A stretch of 64,000 nt of DNA from Phoronis australis (taxonomy: Eukaryota > Animalia > Phoronida): positions 1,500,555 to 1,564,554 of the forward strand of contig NMRA01000011.1 in assembly GCA_002633005.1 (NCBI GenBank), in the 5' to 3' direction. Shown in pieces: positions 1-11,359 of this stretch (position 1 is its first letter; every line of letters starts with the position of its first letter). Made by a program: the position numbers and the translations under genes. The notes under the pieces were generated by a model. It was not told the DNA's origin. It saw only the letters and a list, made by a program, of their open reading frames with translations, and made no database searches.

Positions 1-266
1 AATACTGTACATCAAGGAGTCATTGGCTATTCAGAACCACCATGTTGCTGATTCTCTAACATGCATAGCTCAGTGACCCTACAACTATGGTAATGACCTA
101 CTTACTTTCCCTGTATTTCTCACTCTCGTTTCACCCCATGAATTTGACTTGAATGGTAATCAAGATTTATTGTCCTGCTGTACATATCCTGATGAAGATT
201 TATGAATAGACGAAACGTTGAGTTAACACGAACTTTTTATTTGTGCGGCTATTGTCGGTTTTCTAA
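1..266 (+). mobile_element. Penelope-like element pLTR/3' remnant with degenerate minimal hammerhead ribozyme core (189-219)
   Basis: CTGATGA-agatttatgaatagac-GAAACGTT after a pyrimidine-rich tract, the usual PLE pLTR hammerhead layout with palindromic stem III AACGTT. Confidence 0.55.
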
Positions 267-445
267 TACTTCAAACTATGTTGGGAGAGTTTGATGATCA
301 AACCTGCTAACGACGACGAGTCGACATTGCATTACCCTTTGAACTTTCCAGGTCAGAGGGCACTGTTAAAGTAGTCCCGGAAAAAATATCACATGACCTT
401 ATTGCACTCCACTGATTCAAAGCGTATGGGATAAAGCATTAATCT
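267..445 (+). repeat. Interspersed repeat, copy 1 (copy 2 at ~62362-62545)
   Basis: tacttcaa.cta...ggagagtttgatgatc.aacc.gctaacgacg.cgagtcgacattg...gaactttcca.gtcagagg.cactgtt.aagtagt...gcgtatgggataa is present at both loci. Confidence 0.8.
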
Positions 446-613
446 ATTTAAACTAAATTAACTTTTTATGAAAGGAATTGAAAATGTGCCGGCAAGGTAA
501 GGTAATCTCGCTTTAAAGTAAGTTTTCCTGTCTATTTGTTCAAAGAACGGTGCCCGCTTGGAGTGCCTGCTACATGACGTACCGTCAAGTCAATGCGAAA
601 GGGGTTCTTACGT

Positions 614-714
614 CTATTTGCATTCAGGCGGTATTTCCAACACACTGGGATCCGGAATACTAGAGGTGGCGTTCACCAAATAAAAGGTACTCGTTTCATA
701 AGTGGTTTTACCGT
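614..714 (-). CDS. EPDR terminal coding exon
   Basis: Acceptor ttgtttatttcag; (D)GKTTYETSTFYLVNATSSIPDPSVLEIPPECK, then TAG at 616-614. Confidence 0.82.
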
Positions 715-2462
715 CTGAAATAAACAATTAATGTATTTCAACATTTTGGACACAATTTTACGATGACATTTTAAGGTAGTGCAAAATGATATAAGCACGA
801 CAAAGGTCGTCGAAACTTAACACTTAACGGCAGAGTACTTGATGTTCTAACGAAAGATGATTTATGGAAAAGCTACATTTAAGAATGGACGGAAGAATGT
901 CAGTGAGACAGTCTGCAAAGATCCGTGTAGGCCTCAATTCTACAACATTGAGAATAATTAGACATACCCACTAAAAGTTGATATATTGCATTTTGAGTCA
1001 CCCATGCGTTCATCTTCCGATATTCTTGAATAAAAATTACCGAAACGTACCTTTCGTGACATATCCTGTATTTACAGTGGTGACAGGTATGCAAGTTTCA
1101 GCGTCCAGTGCACCGTAGACAGTTGTAGTGCCGTTGTATTTAGGTGTAGGTTTGACAATGGTCATGAAGCTCTCAATCATCAGCTTACCAGAACCATATG
1201 AGAATGTACCCAAGTAATGGCCCCCTGCGAAGGAAGAAATGTGTATGCATTCTGCTGCTAAGAGTAAAACTTCGCACTGCATTTACTTCAGAGAATACTA
1301 AACCCAGTCTTCTTTCTATCACTTGCTTAGGCGCATTGGGCTCCCACTTGAGTGATAAAAGCAGAATTCTACTAAAAACTCGTATTCTCTGTGTCACATC
1401 TAGTACATTAAGGTTCTTAGTGGGTGGTCGTTCCTACAGTTGTGTAACTCTCAGACAGCTCAGGTAACGCATGATGGTTTCGCAAAAGTCATAAAAGTTT
1501 TCAAATTTTGCCCCATACTTTTAAGGGTTGTCGAGGAATACAGAACACTATTTTGTTTCAGAAAAGTATTCGGAAAGGGGTTTTAACGAATAAGCTAAAA
1601 TCGAATTTGGTATCCTTCTAACAAAAATTGTCACACCTCACGTTTTCAATTTTGTCTTCCCATGCAACTTTAACTTTGGGGAACCATTCTTCTTTTTTAC
1701 AACAAATCCAGAAAATAATCACCTTATGCAGAAACCAGCTCACCATAAAACTTGATTATCGACTAAAAACTACTTTTAAAGTGCATGTTTTGCCATTTAT
1801 GACCTCTGCATGTCAAGCTGGCCATTATCAAGACGAACAAAAATACACAAAATTGAAAGTTTTTAATCCAAACCCAACACTTAGCATGAGACTATTAGGT
1901 ACCGCCAGACAACACACTCAGAATTTCAAACAATCCGGACTATTTTTTGCCAAACTGAGAAAACTGACCGATAACCCTGCGCATTTCCGTCTAAAAATTG
2001 CCTTGTTGTCAAGGAGTGTTAGAGTGTGTTTTTAAGCGTTTTAGGAATTTAACCCATTATTGCAAGACAAACCATCAAAGGGGTAACGAAATGCATTTTC
2101 CAAAAGAAACACGAAGCCAACTCAACGCCATTCGTCATAGCGGCCACAACTAGAGCATATTTCAAAACCGCCATACAAGTTAGCACTCAGTATCCACTAA
2201 AACTTAAAGGTTGAACACTTCCTGTCCTCGTAAGGCTTCGGCGTGAAATTATGAAATGTGTCAATCAATCAAAGCTGCCCCTCTTTCCGTATTTCTTATT
2301 CCATTAATCTATTATAAAAGGAATATACATGAAAGTTAGCTGAAAGTGAAAAGAGTTATTTCTTTGACATTAACGGCAATTCAAAGAGAGGGAAAGAATA
2401 TAAGGTGAAGAGAAGACGGGAGGAAAAGAGTTCACGAAGGACTGATGGAGGGATTAAATTAG

Positions 2463-2509
<47 letters not shown>

Positions 2510-3094
2510 GTGTATTTGGGTAGCAGACCTTCTTTTATACATGTTTCATTGAAAAGTAAGCTGTTCTTGGCGTTAATTAGTTTGTACTTTCGTAGTGTCT
2601 ACACACAAGTGTCTTTCATCGGATGGTAGTTGATATAGTAGATCGCCCAATATATTTTATTAAATTTTACAACGTTTCACAGTACATTGGTTTCCATGAC
2701 AACTCCTTCTGTAATTGCGCTCTTATGTATGCAACCTTATATTCGTGTTTAATGTCATTGTTCTTGTTTCATGTATCTTACACGATAGCGTTTATGATTT
2801 TTTAATTCATTTGCCTTTGATGACTGATGTATAGTCGAAGTACCGCTACTGTCTTATTACGAAATGTTTTGTACAAAGTTTTATTATATATTTACTCATA
2901 TATATGTGTTCGTGATGCCACTTACACTGGGCGACCTACTATATCAACTACCATCTGATGAAAGGCACTTGTGTAGACACTACGAAAGTGTGTTGTACAA
3001 ACTAATATTAAACCCAAGAAAAGCTTACTTTTCAATGAAACACACAAACACACAAACACACTCACACACATATATAAATATATATATATATATA

Positions 3095-3151
<57 letters not shown>

Positions 3152-3174
3152 TAGTAGTAGTGTCTACACAAGTG

Positions 3175-3228
<54 letters not shown>

Positions 3229-3757
3229 TATACACAGGAATTAGAAATTAGATGGGAGAGAGGGCGATATGGGGAGCTAGGGGAGGGTGGAGAGATAGAA
3301 AATGAAAGAAAGAGTGGAAGAGACTCAAAGAGACATTTTACCTGTCACACCCATGTATGCAGGAATAGGATATTTGCCGCACTTTCCGTTGGTTACAACG
3401 TAGGCAACTTGCTGAAAGTAGCGAAAATAGAAGAAAAATCAGTTTAAAGACACGTTGACAATGAGAAATTTTGTTCTTGCTTTCGTGCCAAAAACGATTA
3501 ATCGTACGCTGTTATATTTTCAAAATGCCCTAAAATATCATTAAAACTCTTATTCTCATTAAGCTACTATAAACTCTCTTATAGCTACAAAAACAACCAC
3601 ATATTAGACCACTTAAAGCTTCGGAACTGATCTGATGTTGTTAACATAATTAAATTACATGTGATCTGTTGGTTTGGTAAGAAGTGACAGTCAATTATTA
3701 CTTAACGATATTTACAACCTAATTAAAAATTGGCAGTTTTTTTAATATTCCACATAC

Positions 3758-3810
<53 letters not shown>

Positions 3811-5585
3811 TAGAAAGTACCTTATCTTTATTTTCGGGGAAATTCAAATGTGAAATATATACCATGTAGCGAGACAAAAAGGATTTAGTAAAACTGTCTC
3901 CTGACCTAGTTAATTCGAAGTACGTAAAAACTCCAAGTACAAAATTAAGACGATGTAGTAGTAATTAAGTTAATTACACGCAGCAAAAATTCAGTTGACA
4001 TTACAAGTTTACAAGTGAATGTTGAAACTGCGAACATGGTTCAGTTATGAACAGGCCCCATAGCTCAAAACACGTTTTCACTGAATATGTGTAAGCGACA
4101 GCCGTCACATTTTGAAGACTCGCGACCATTTTTGCATTTCTCGGCTTCGGCAATACAACTTAATTTGAGCTTAGGAACACGATTTCTCAATAACGGCAGA
4201 GTGAATTTCACTGAAACTTTCAAAATTAAAATATTTATACACCAATCTAAAAAAACTGTTACCATTTTCCTTTCACACTGCGAAGTTTTGTTAATTGTAA
4301 TAGACGAATACGACTGCTGTTTTCTACAAAGTTCATTCGTTTTGCGAGTTAACTTGGCATAGAAACTGAGTAACTTGAAATTCCTAAAAGCTTTTTTGAG
4401 GTAAATTGTGGAGTTTTCATTTAAAAAGGTTTCCTTAAAATCGACGGAGGACTTATCTTGTAATGAATGTACTTAAAGAGAGGGTAACGGAATAATAAGG
4501 ATGACATACATAAATGCAACACATATTTTTATAATGCATTTTCAGAATATATACCCTTTTACTAGTTGACATAGCTTTTTTGATATTTGAGTTAAAATCA
4601 AAGTCTTTAAACAAGGTTTGAGATAACTTTAAGATGATGTCATAGCCCTGCAAATCGGCATGACAAGACGTGTCAATAAAAGAGCACGTGCAGGAAGAGG
4701 CCGTTGAAGCTCAGAAGACTGCGAGGTTTCATTAGTACTGAAACTATGGTTTCATCAACTAATGTAGTTAGAGTTACTAGATGGCGTGGTTTCTTGGTAC
4801 TTTTCACAGGATGTAATTATATGCGTCTGGTATGTTCTCAAGCAATAATGAACTACCGCTTCAAGTTTCCTCGCCCACAAATCATTTCTCATCTGCATCA
4901 CAAATAAGTTGATTCTAATTAAATAGCAAAACGTTCTTTAAAACGAGTCAGTTTCGGTAGCGTATCCATGGATGCTAACCACTTTAATTACCTCATTGTA
5001 ATCTGTAACGAATTTCTGAGAAATTGTGTAATGTCCTACGGTAACTTGCTGAGATCCGCCTGCTCGCATTTTGTAGAAATCAGTAGACATTGTACCACCT
5101 ATCTTAAAAAACAAACAACCATTATACAATGCTTTACACGGATTATGAACATTTTTATGTTAAGCCTTGCTGAGCTTTCATTTACAGGATTGACGAGTAA
5201 CAATGGACGGATGGACATTGAGCGTACATGTAGATTTTCACTGAGAGTAAGATCAAGACGGACAGCAATGGCCCTCTTTTGCGAAGGACTTAAGCAACAC
5301 CTTGACACCACAAGTTAATTAAATAAATATTGTTTGAAGAAGCCCAGGAAACAAAAAGCACTGTTAGAAACTCTACTGGAACTACATTATTACGAAAAAA
5401 GTAAGTGTGTAAAAATAATGGGAATATGGGCCTACTGGCATTGACGTAGGTTTGCCTCCAGTTGAAACTTGTCCAAGAATTATCGAGAACAGTCCGGAGT
5501 ACTGTGGGGCAGGCCCAGTGCAGTGTTGTGTCTCAACCGACACAACGACGATGGCCATAAGAACTACAGCAGCTGGCTTCAACAT
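614..5585 (-). CDS. Ependymin-related protein (EPDR family), secreted, 201 aa; CDS join complement(614..714,1051..1224,3342..3411,4992..5102,5436..5585)
   Basis: Five exons with GT-AG introns join in phase (0,0,1,1) to 606 nt with no internal stop: MLKPAAVVLMAIVVVSVET-QHCTGPAPQYSG...TDFYKMRA...KFVTDYNEQVAYVVTNGKC...HYLGTFSYGSG...TCIPV...YLVNATSSIPDPSVLEIPPECK*. The signal peptide, C-x-x-P-x-x-Q-Y-x-G start, D-Y..Y-V-V..C, CIPV and N-x-T-x-x-I-x-DPSV-x-x-x-PP-x-C end are ependymin-family hallmarks. The length (~200 aa) is typical. Confidence 0.85.
1051..1224 (-). CDS. EPDR coding exon 4
   Basis: Acceptor tttcttccttcgcag, donor aag|gtacgt; 174 nt, GHYLGTFSYGSG...DAETCIPVTTVNTGYVTK (lies within ORF 1037..1282). 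Confidence 0.82.
1412..2203. mobile_element. Non-autonomous TTAA-flanked DNA transposon (Kolobok-like) in EPDR intron 3
   Basis: TTAA|GGTTCTTAGTGG ... CCACTAAAAC|TTAA: imperfect TIRs with TTAA on both sides. Confidence 0.45.
2466..2507. repeat. (TA)n microsatellite
   Basis: Visible directly. Confidence 0.95.
2586..2989. mobile_element. Penelope-like relic: ~62-bp inverted repeats (2586-2649 / 2928-2989) each carrying a hammerhead-like core
   Basis: The arms are reverse complements. The right arm has CTGATGA(2955)...GAAA(2984). A third degenerate core lies at ~2815-2840 and a partial third arm at 3157-3177. The relic sits between TA microsatellites. Confidence 0.45.
3070..3232. repeat. Compound microsatellite (TA)n(TG)n(TAG)n...(TA)n
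   Basis: Visible directly; it generates the spurious YI/CV/TH ORFs. Confidence 0.95.
3342..3411 (-). CDS. EPDR coding exon 3
   Basis: Acceptor ttcttctattttcgctactttcag, donor cag|gtaaaa; 70 nt, QVAYVVTNGKCGKYPIPAYMGVT. Confidence 0.8.
3755..3809. repeat. (TA)n(TG)n microsatellite
   Basis: Visible directly. Confidence 0.95.
4992..5102 (-). CDS. EPDR coding exon 2
   Basis: Acceptor ttgtttgttttttaag, donor gag|gtaatt; 111 nt, IGGTMSTDFYKMRAGGSQQVTVGHYTISQKFVTDYNE. Confidence 0.8.
5436..5585 (-). CDS. EPDR coding exon 1 (signal peptide, first Cys)
   Basis: Acceptor cattattttcag directly before ATG; donor cca|gtaggc; 150 nt, MLKPAAVVLMAIVVVSVETQHCTGPAPQYSG...PTSMP. Confidence 0.8.
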
Positions 5586-7680
5586 CTGAAAATAATGTAC
5601 CAACATTTAGACGTTGACATGGCGACATCTATCGTCAAAATTCATTCAGTGATAATTTTACCAGTACATGAAAACGTATGCGTACTGCAAATTCGTTTCG
5701 TTTTATAAATCTATTTCAAAATCATATCAAAACAAAGCAACTGATATACTGTCGATTGCTACAGTTTGTAAAGACAGTAAATGCCTTTAATTGCTCATTA
5801 TTGAAGTATTTTGTGACATCATAAACCCGGTTAGACCCACAAAAACAACAACTGCACCAACACTGGTTGCCAATACTTTTGTCACCCATTTTGGCCCTGG
5901 CCCTGAGGTCGAATCTTGTTTTATCTCCACCTGCGCCCCCTGTAGACACCAGTTTTGTCTAGTACCTACCTTCTTCCCCTCTTTGTTTGTTTTAGTGGGA
6001 GGTATTTTCCCCCAATACCATGATTCACGAGTGGTAGTATTGAGCAACCCTCGGCATGACCCCACGTCCAAGGCACATATGCCTATATGAGGAGCAATGC
6101 GGTTTTCCATAAGACTAAAGTATTTTCTCTGAAATCTCCCAGATTCTGCAAGCAGGCGCACACGATGTTACGATTTTAAAAAATGCTCTAACGAACCATT
6201 TGATTGTACAGAACGTGTGGCAGGAATGACATTCTGTACGATAAACAAAAAGGTTAGAATAATGGTTAATTATTGAAAATATACAGTTTGAAAACTCATA
6301 CTTTATTTTTAAGAAAGCCTTTGGCTTTGACCGTTGATACAAGAACACTTGGTTCCTACTTAAATGCTTCGCATACAGTAAAACTGACACAGAGTCAAAA
6401 AAGTTAATGTCCAAAAATCAATTCACAGTTTCTTAACTCCGTTTTTCCGGTTGCAAGCTGTGCGAACTTGACCTCAAAAAATAACCGTTGCTCCACTGAG
6501 AGCGAAACTGCTGCGAAAAGGAATTAAGCAGCATTTACATGTACCATTAATTTACGTTAGGCATTGGCAATGTGTGATAAGAGCCTATTCGTTCTAAGTC
6601 ATGGACACAAAATTGTTGGAACTGCCCACTGTCGAATCATCTGCGGCAAAATGGTGGCTACGTGCTAATCGTCTACGGACCCACAAAAACACTAACAGTT
6701 GCTATCACAAGTAAAATTGGCTTACATATGTTTCATGTGATACGGCGTACAAAGTATTAGCTTTATTGAATTGTTTACTCAAGTAACTGATGCTCAGATA
6801 AACAGCACAGTTTCCTCAATGTCCCGAGAATGTCTGCAGGTGGGTCCGTGTACGAAAGGATCAAATCAAATTTTCGAAAATTAAAAATTATTTTCTTCAA
6901 AAATTCAAAAATCGGAAATTAGAAAATTCCGACAATTATTGAAATAGATTTCTAGAGTTCTATTGTCGACTCTACGGAGACATTGACAACAAAAATAAAA
7001 GTAAAAATAAAATGTTGACAATTGGCTCGACTTTTGTAATTTCCAAATATTCGAAGAAATTGAAAAACGAATATTTAAACCACAGCAAACTGATTCGATT
7101 TTCTTATTTTCGTTTAAACAAAAAAATCTGGTGGCTACTGTTAAACGTTTAATATTTCCAATAAGGATTTCGTGAGATTCCATAAAAAATCATGCAGTGT
7201 AGAAGCATTTCAACCCTGTTCATTTCTGCAGTCAAATTGAGGACGATTTTCAGGACTTCAAAGAAATGACAATGCGCTATAAGGTGGCATACACTGTATA
7301 TTGCGCCGAGCACATGCTCTCAACTAATAACCAAGTCAGCTTTTAGTATACGTAGAAATCACGTGTTATCTGTGTAAATCACAGACAAAGTTTAAAGTCG
7401 TAAATGTTGGGTTTATAGCAGCCTGAAATAATCCTACAAACACACACACTCTACCGAAAAACTCTGGCGGACGTGAATAGCCACAGAGCAACCTATCAGC
7501 TTGATGTATTGGGTCATATTTTCCACCACTGTGACTTTACCAGGAACTACGGTGCACCCTAGGGTTTCGATCACATCGACTGAATAGAACATTGCTGTGA
7601 CAAATGATTTCCGGGTGTGACGCCGGAGAGTCCTTGAAAGACTCTCCAAATCGCTTACCAAGTGGAAATTGCTTCTTGGC

Positions 7681-7831
7681 GAACGGCTTGGACTTTTGGT
7701 TCTAATGCTGTCAGGATAGCCGCCAATGGCATGCTGATTTATTTCCAAAACTGGANGAACGGCTTGGACTTTTGGTTCTAATGCTGTCAGGATAGCCGCC
7801 AATGGCATGCTGATTTATTTCCAAAACTGGA
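7681..7831. other. Exact 75-bp tandem duplication around a single N (7756), probable unmerged contig overlap
   Basis: 7681-7755 is identical to 7757-7831. Confidence 0.85.
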
Positions 7832-8665
7832 CGATTTGGACACTTGAATAATCATTACGGCGTTTTCCCGTTGCTCCCAACTTGTTCAATTCTGTAGCCC
7901 AACAACAAGGGGAAGAACACCCCTGTAGCCAATATCTTACACGACTGATCAACTCCATTCTGGCGTTCATGGTTGGAGGGTCAGCCCTCTTTTGTCCGAA
8001 AAGTGCTCTAATTTGCAGTAAGCTCATATCTAGCCTGACTGGGCTGTGCTGCTAAAATAAATGTTAAGCTATAAGCTACTTCAACATAATCCAATAGCAT
8101 ATCTGAAATCCTCGTCAAATGGTGATCATGTTTAGTGTTTGAATTGCCAAAATTGCCCAACTGCAACCAAATTTACGACAACCTATTATTTCCGATTATA
8201 AACCTACCAATTCGCTTTGGGATTGACTGTGCTCACACGTGGTCTGTAATAAGCCTGGTAGATAATTGGCCTGCCTGTTGTCATACAAGACAAAAGACTG
8301 TGCTTGGCAGTTACCAAAGAAGCCAGATGTTATCAAACGATCACAACCCTCTACGTCTGGTAAAGTCACAATTGGGTGAATGCCGTCATGCTGTTATTTT
8401 GACCTGATTGGGGCAAGTTGTGTCGTTAGTGGTAAGTGAACATAATTCAAAATTTTATTGTTTTAAGCCTTACCTTGATGTAATATTGTCCTGTCCCTTG
8501 CCCAGTCTTCAACTAACGAATAAACGATGCTAAACAACTGTTTTATACCGTAAATATTACGTGCCCATGTACACGTAATCAAATTTGAGGATTGCAAAAC
8601 CCCAGTGACTCTTATTGCAAAGCGTCCTGATAACAGACACAGGCATACAAATTTGCCGATTACTC

Positions 8666-8818
8666 ATGGGCGGCGCACCATAGGGGCTGGAGGGATGGGG
8701 ACTATAGAGCCCCACTCATTTTAGTGCTGTGCCACCCATGAGTGGCACATCATAGGGGCTCTGGTGGCTATTGCTCCCACTTATTTCAATGCTGTGTCAC
8801 CCATGGTCCATGGGTGGT
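8666..8818. repeat. Short tandemly repeated MITE-like unit (catgggc...gccacccatg)
   Basis: Two ~65-75-bp related units, each bounded by CATGGG/CATGAG...CCCATG inverted ends. Confidence 0.45.
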
Positions 8819-10029
8819 AATCAAGGAACAGTGACATACATTCAAGTGCATATGATAACAGACTCTTGGATTACTGATAACGTTGCACGAACTCTTGCTG
8901 CCGATAACAAAACTTATCTGAATAAATCTGACGATACCTGATTTAAATAACTATCTGGAAACATTCAGTATGAAATTAACAGTGAGCAATCAGTAGCTGA
9001 TCAAGGATATCGCAGTAAGAGGCCCACCATATCTACAAAAGCTCACGTAATTCCTAAAAGAAGGGTTTCGGGACCAGTCTCTGTAAATAGGCTTTGACAG
9101 GGTTGAAGTCGACACGTACGTTTATTTAAGGGCAAAAGTGTAGATATGGACTATACCGATGTTGTTTACGTTCACAAGGTGGCGCTAATGAATAAAGTCT
9201 AGACTGTTTCATATATCATCTGAATACACTGAGAGCATAAAAGCAATTCACGAGGGGACGAAAGGGTGGAGGGTCGAGTTACGGTTCATGCAAAAGTCAT
9301 GTAGAAATATCAATATCAAGCTTCAAGAACGCACTTCTTCAAATTTCATGGACAGCGCCATTTCTCCGGTGCATCGCTAACCAACGCCCGGTCGCCCCAA
9401 ATCCCAATTTCCTTCATAGTTTAGTCGAAAAATGGCCCTCCGGGCACCCCCCGACTTCAACTTCTAAGTTGAATTTTTATGAAGGAAGATATGTGTGAAA
9501 ACAGAAAAAGGATGAAAAAAGTCCATCGTATTTTTTATGCAAATTAGTGCCGCATTACTGATTTTGCGTTATTTCGCAATATGTCACCGACTAATTGAAA
9601 GAATTAAATGTTTGGACTTACATGTATGTTTTGTGGGTCAAACATTACATTAGAACAATAAGTAAGTAATACAAGCTATCTTGAACATGGCACAGGTGAA
9701 CACTCTACACATGGAGCAGAAATACTGTTTGGGGCATGACAATCTTCTATTCTTTGATTTTGACCCATCCATGAAAACAAGCTGTGATACTGCAGTCCAA
9801 AGCTTTAGAATTAAAAAAAAGCACCTTGAATACAAACTAACACCAAAATATACAAATGGGCAGTTGACATGTATGTCAATCAGTGCGAATCCAATGCTGG
9901 GGAAAGGGAAAATAGGACTACTTTCGAAATTACGGCAGCTATCGTCGCATATATAAAAATCGTCCCTATTAAGAAAACTATGAGGACGAAGCTTATCTAT
10001 TGACATCAAAGAACACTCTCCACCAATAT

Positions 10030-10385
10030 CCATTCTCTATTTAGACTCTATAAATGAACATGGCGATTTTACAATCTTAAGCAATGTCATAGGAACAGCA
10101 AGCGGAAAACTACAGCAGCTTCATGAAATTCGGTAAAAACCTCTCCAACAGCCACACGATTCTCCACATTGTACGCAGCCCGTGTGTGATCAGATTCCTT
10201 CTGTTTGTCCAAGTGAATAGGAAGATAATATATTATCACAGAAAAAACCTGTTAACAGTTTACTGCCACAGTGAAGGCACAGAGGCACCAAGCTCCCTAG
10301 TGCCTCATTCACCGCATAAACTATGAACATCATCGATCATCGTAATCATTTTCCCACCTGAGTGCATTTTCTGCAGGAAACTGAA
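10030..10385 (+). pseudogene. Academ-like transposase, N-terminal remnant
   Basis: SILYLDSINEHGDFTILSNVIG..KLQQLHEIR*..QQPHDSP..VCDQIP ... IFPPECIFCRK, with stops and frameshifts. Confidence 0.55.
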
Positions 10386-10561
10386 TCCAAGTATGGCAGC
10401 CATATTCACAAGAAAAGGCAATAATAGCTGAATGAATGTATTATGAGACTTTTTTAAATCTTCCTTTTATTTCTCCACAAGCGTGTAAGGTACATGTATA
10501 TCATTTTGTTGCCCAGTATCAAGCTGAGAGCTGTCCCAGATTCACGTTCCTTGTTAAATCC

Positions 10562-11358
10562 GGATTGTTCTAAAACCCTTCGACCTGCACCTCACTGACG
10601 ACCCCCTCAACCCACGACCTCCTCAACTCACGGCACACAACACCCTCGATCCAGTTTAAGCAAGCTCGATTGGACCTGAGCATAGAACCAGAGCTGACTT
10701 ACGGGACCATCGAGTCTGGCCATTAGATCGGCTGGCTTTTCTCTGTTTTTTGTCATTAAAAGAGTCGACTCTGCAAGTTTGAAAGTCAAAAGCAGAATAA
10801 AACAACGCAACCAAATCAAATCAAATCAAATAAAAGACCTACCGACGTTATAAATGTCGTTCCTGCAGAGTGTAACCGAATTGTCTGCACTTCAGTCTAT
10901 GGCAGATTCAGGTTTTTGGGAGAGTGCGAGGAACCCACGGATTTGTAATTTCTTCAGTTAATACATTTTGAAAACAAAGTGTTAACTAAAAAGTATCTCA
11001 ACATTTCATGTTGTATATTGTACACTAGCATACATCAGAAAAAAACGTGTGAAATTATGAGCATTCACGTTAACGTACTCTCTCCCTAACTTTAGTAGAA
11101 CAAGGCAATTGGTAGCTACTCGAGGAACTATTTCCATGACACGATCACAGTCGGTTATATGAGATCAAGTTACGCCAATCTGATTCTCGCGTAGGTAAGC
11201 CTTTTGGGAAAGTCACTCAGAGACGTACATGTAATATGATTATGAAATGTGTAGAAAGCGCAGATTCATGTATTAATTGCGTCCTGTCGTGGGGGTTGTA
11301 GGTCTTGGGGTTTGTGGGTCGACGGTATCATGGGAGTCGAGTGGGTTTTAGAACAGAC
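10562..11358. mobile_element. MITE nested inside the Academ-like element
   Basis: TIRs tgttctaaaaccc.tcgac (10566) and gtcgagtgggttttagaaca (11355), with subterminal ccacgacc repeats. A related fragment lies at 13600-13655. Confidence 0.6.
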
Positions 11359-11359
11359 A

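Noticed and set aside
7440-8055. Possible death-domain pseudogene (VLERLSKSLTKWKLLLGERLGL) or ORF 7434..7808
   Set aside because: The resemblance is short, all frames are broken, and the ORF crosses the artefactual duplication.
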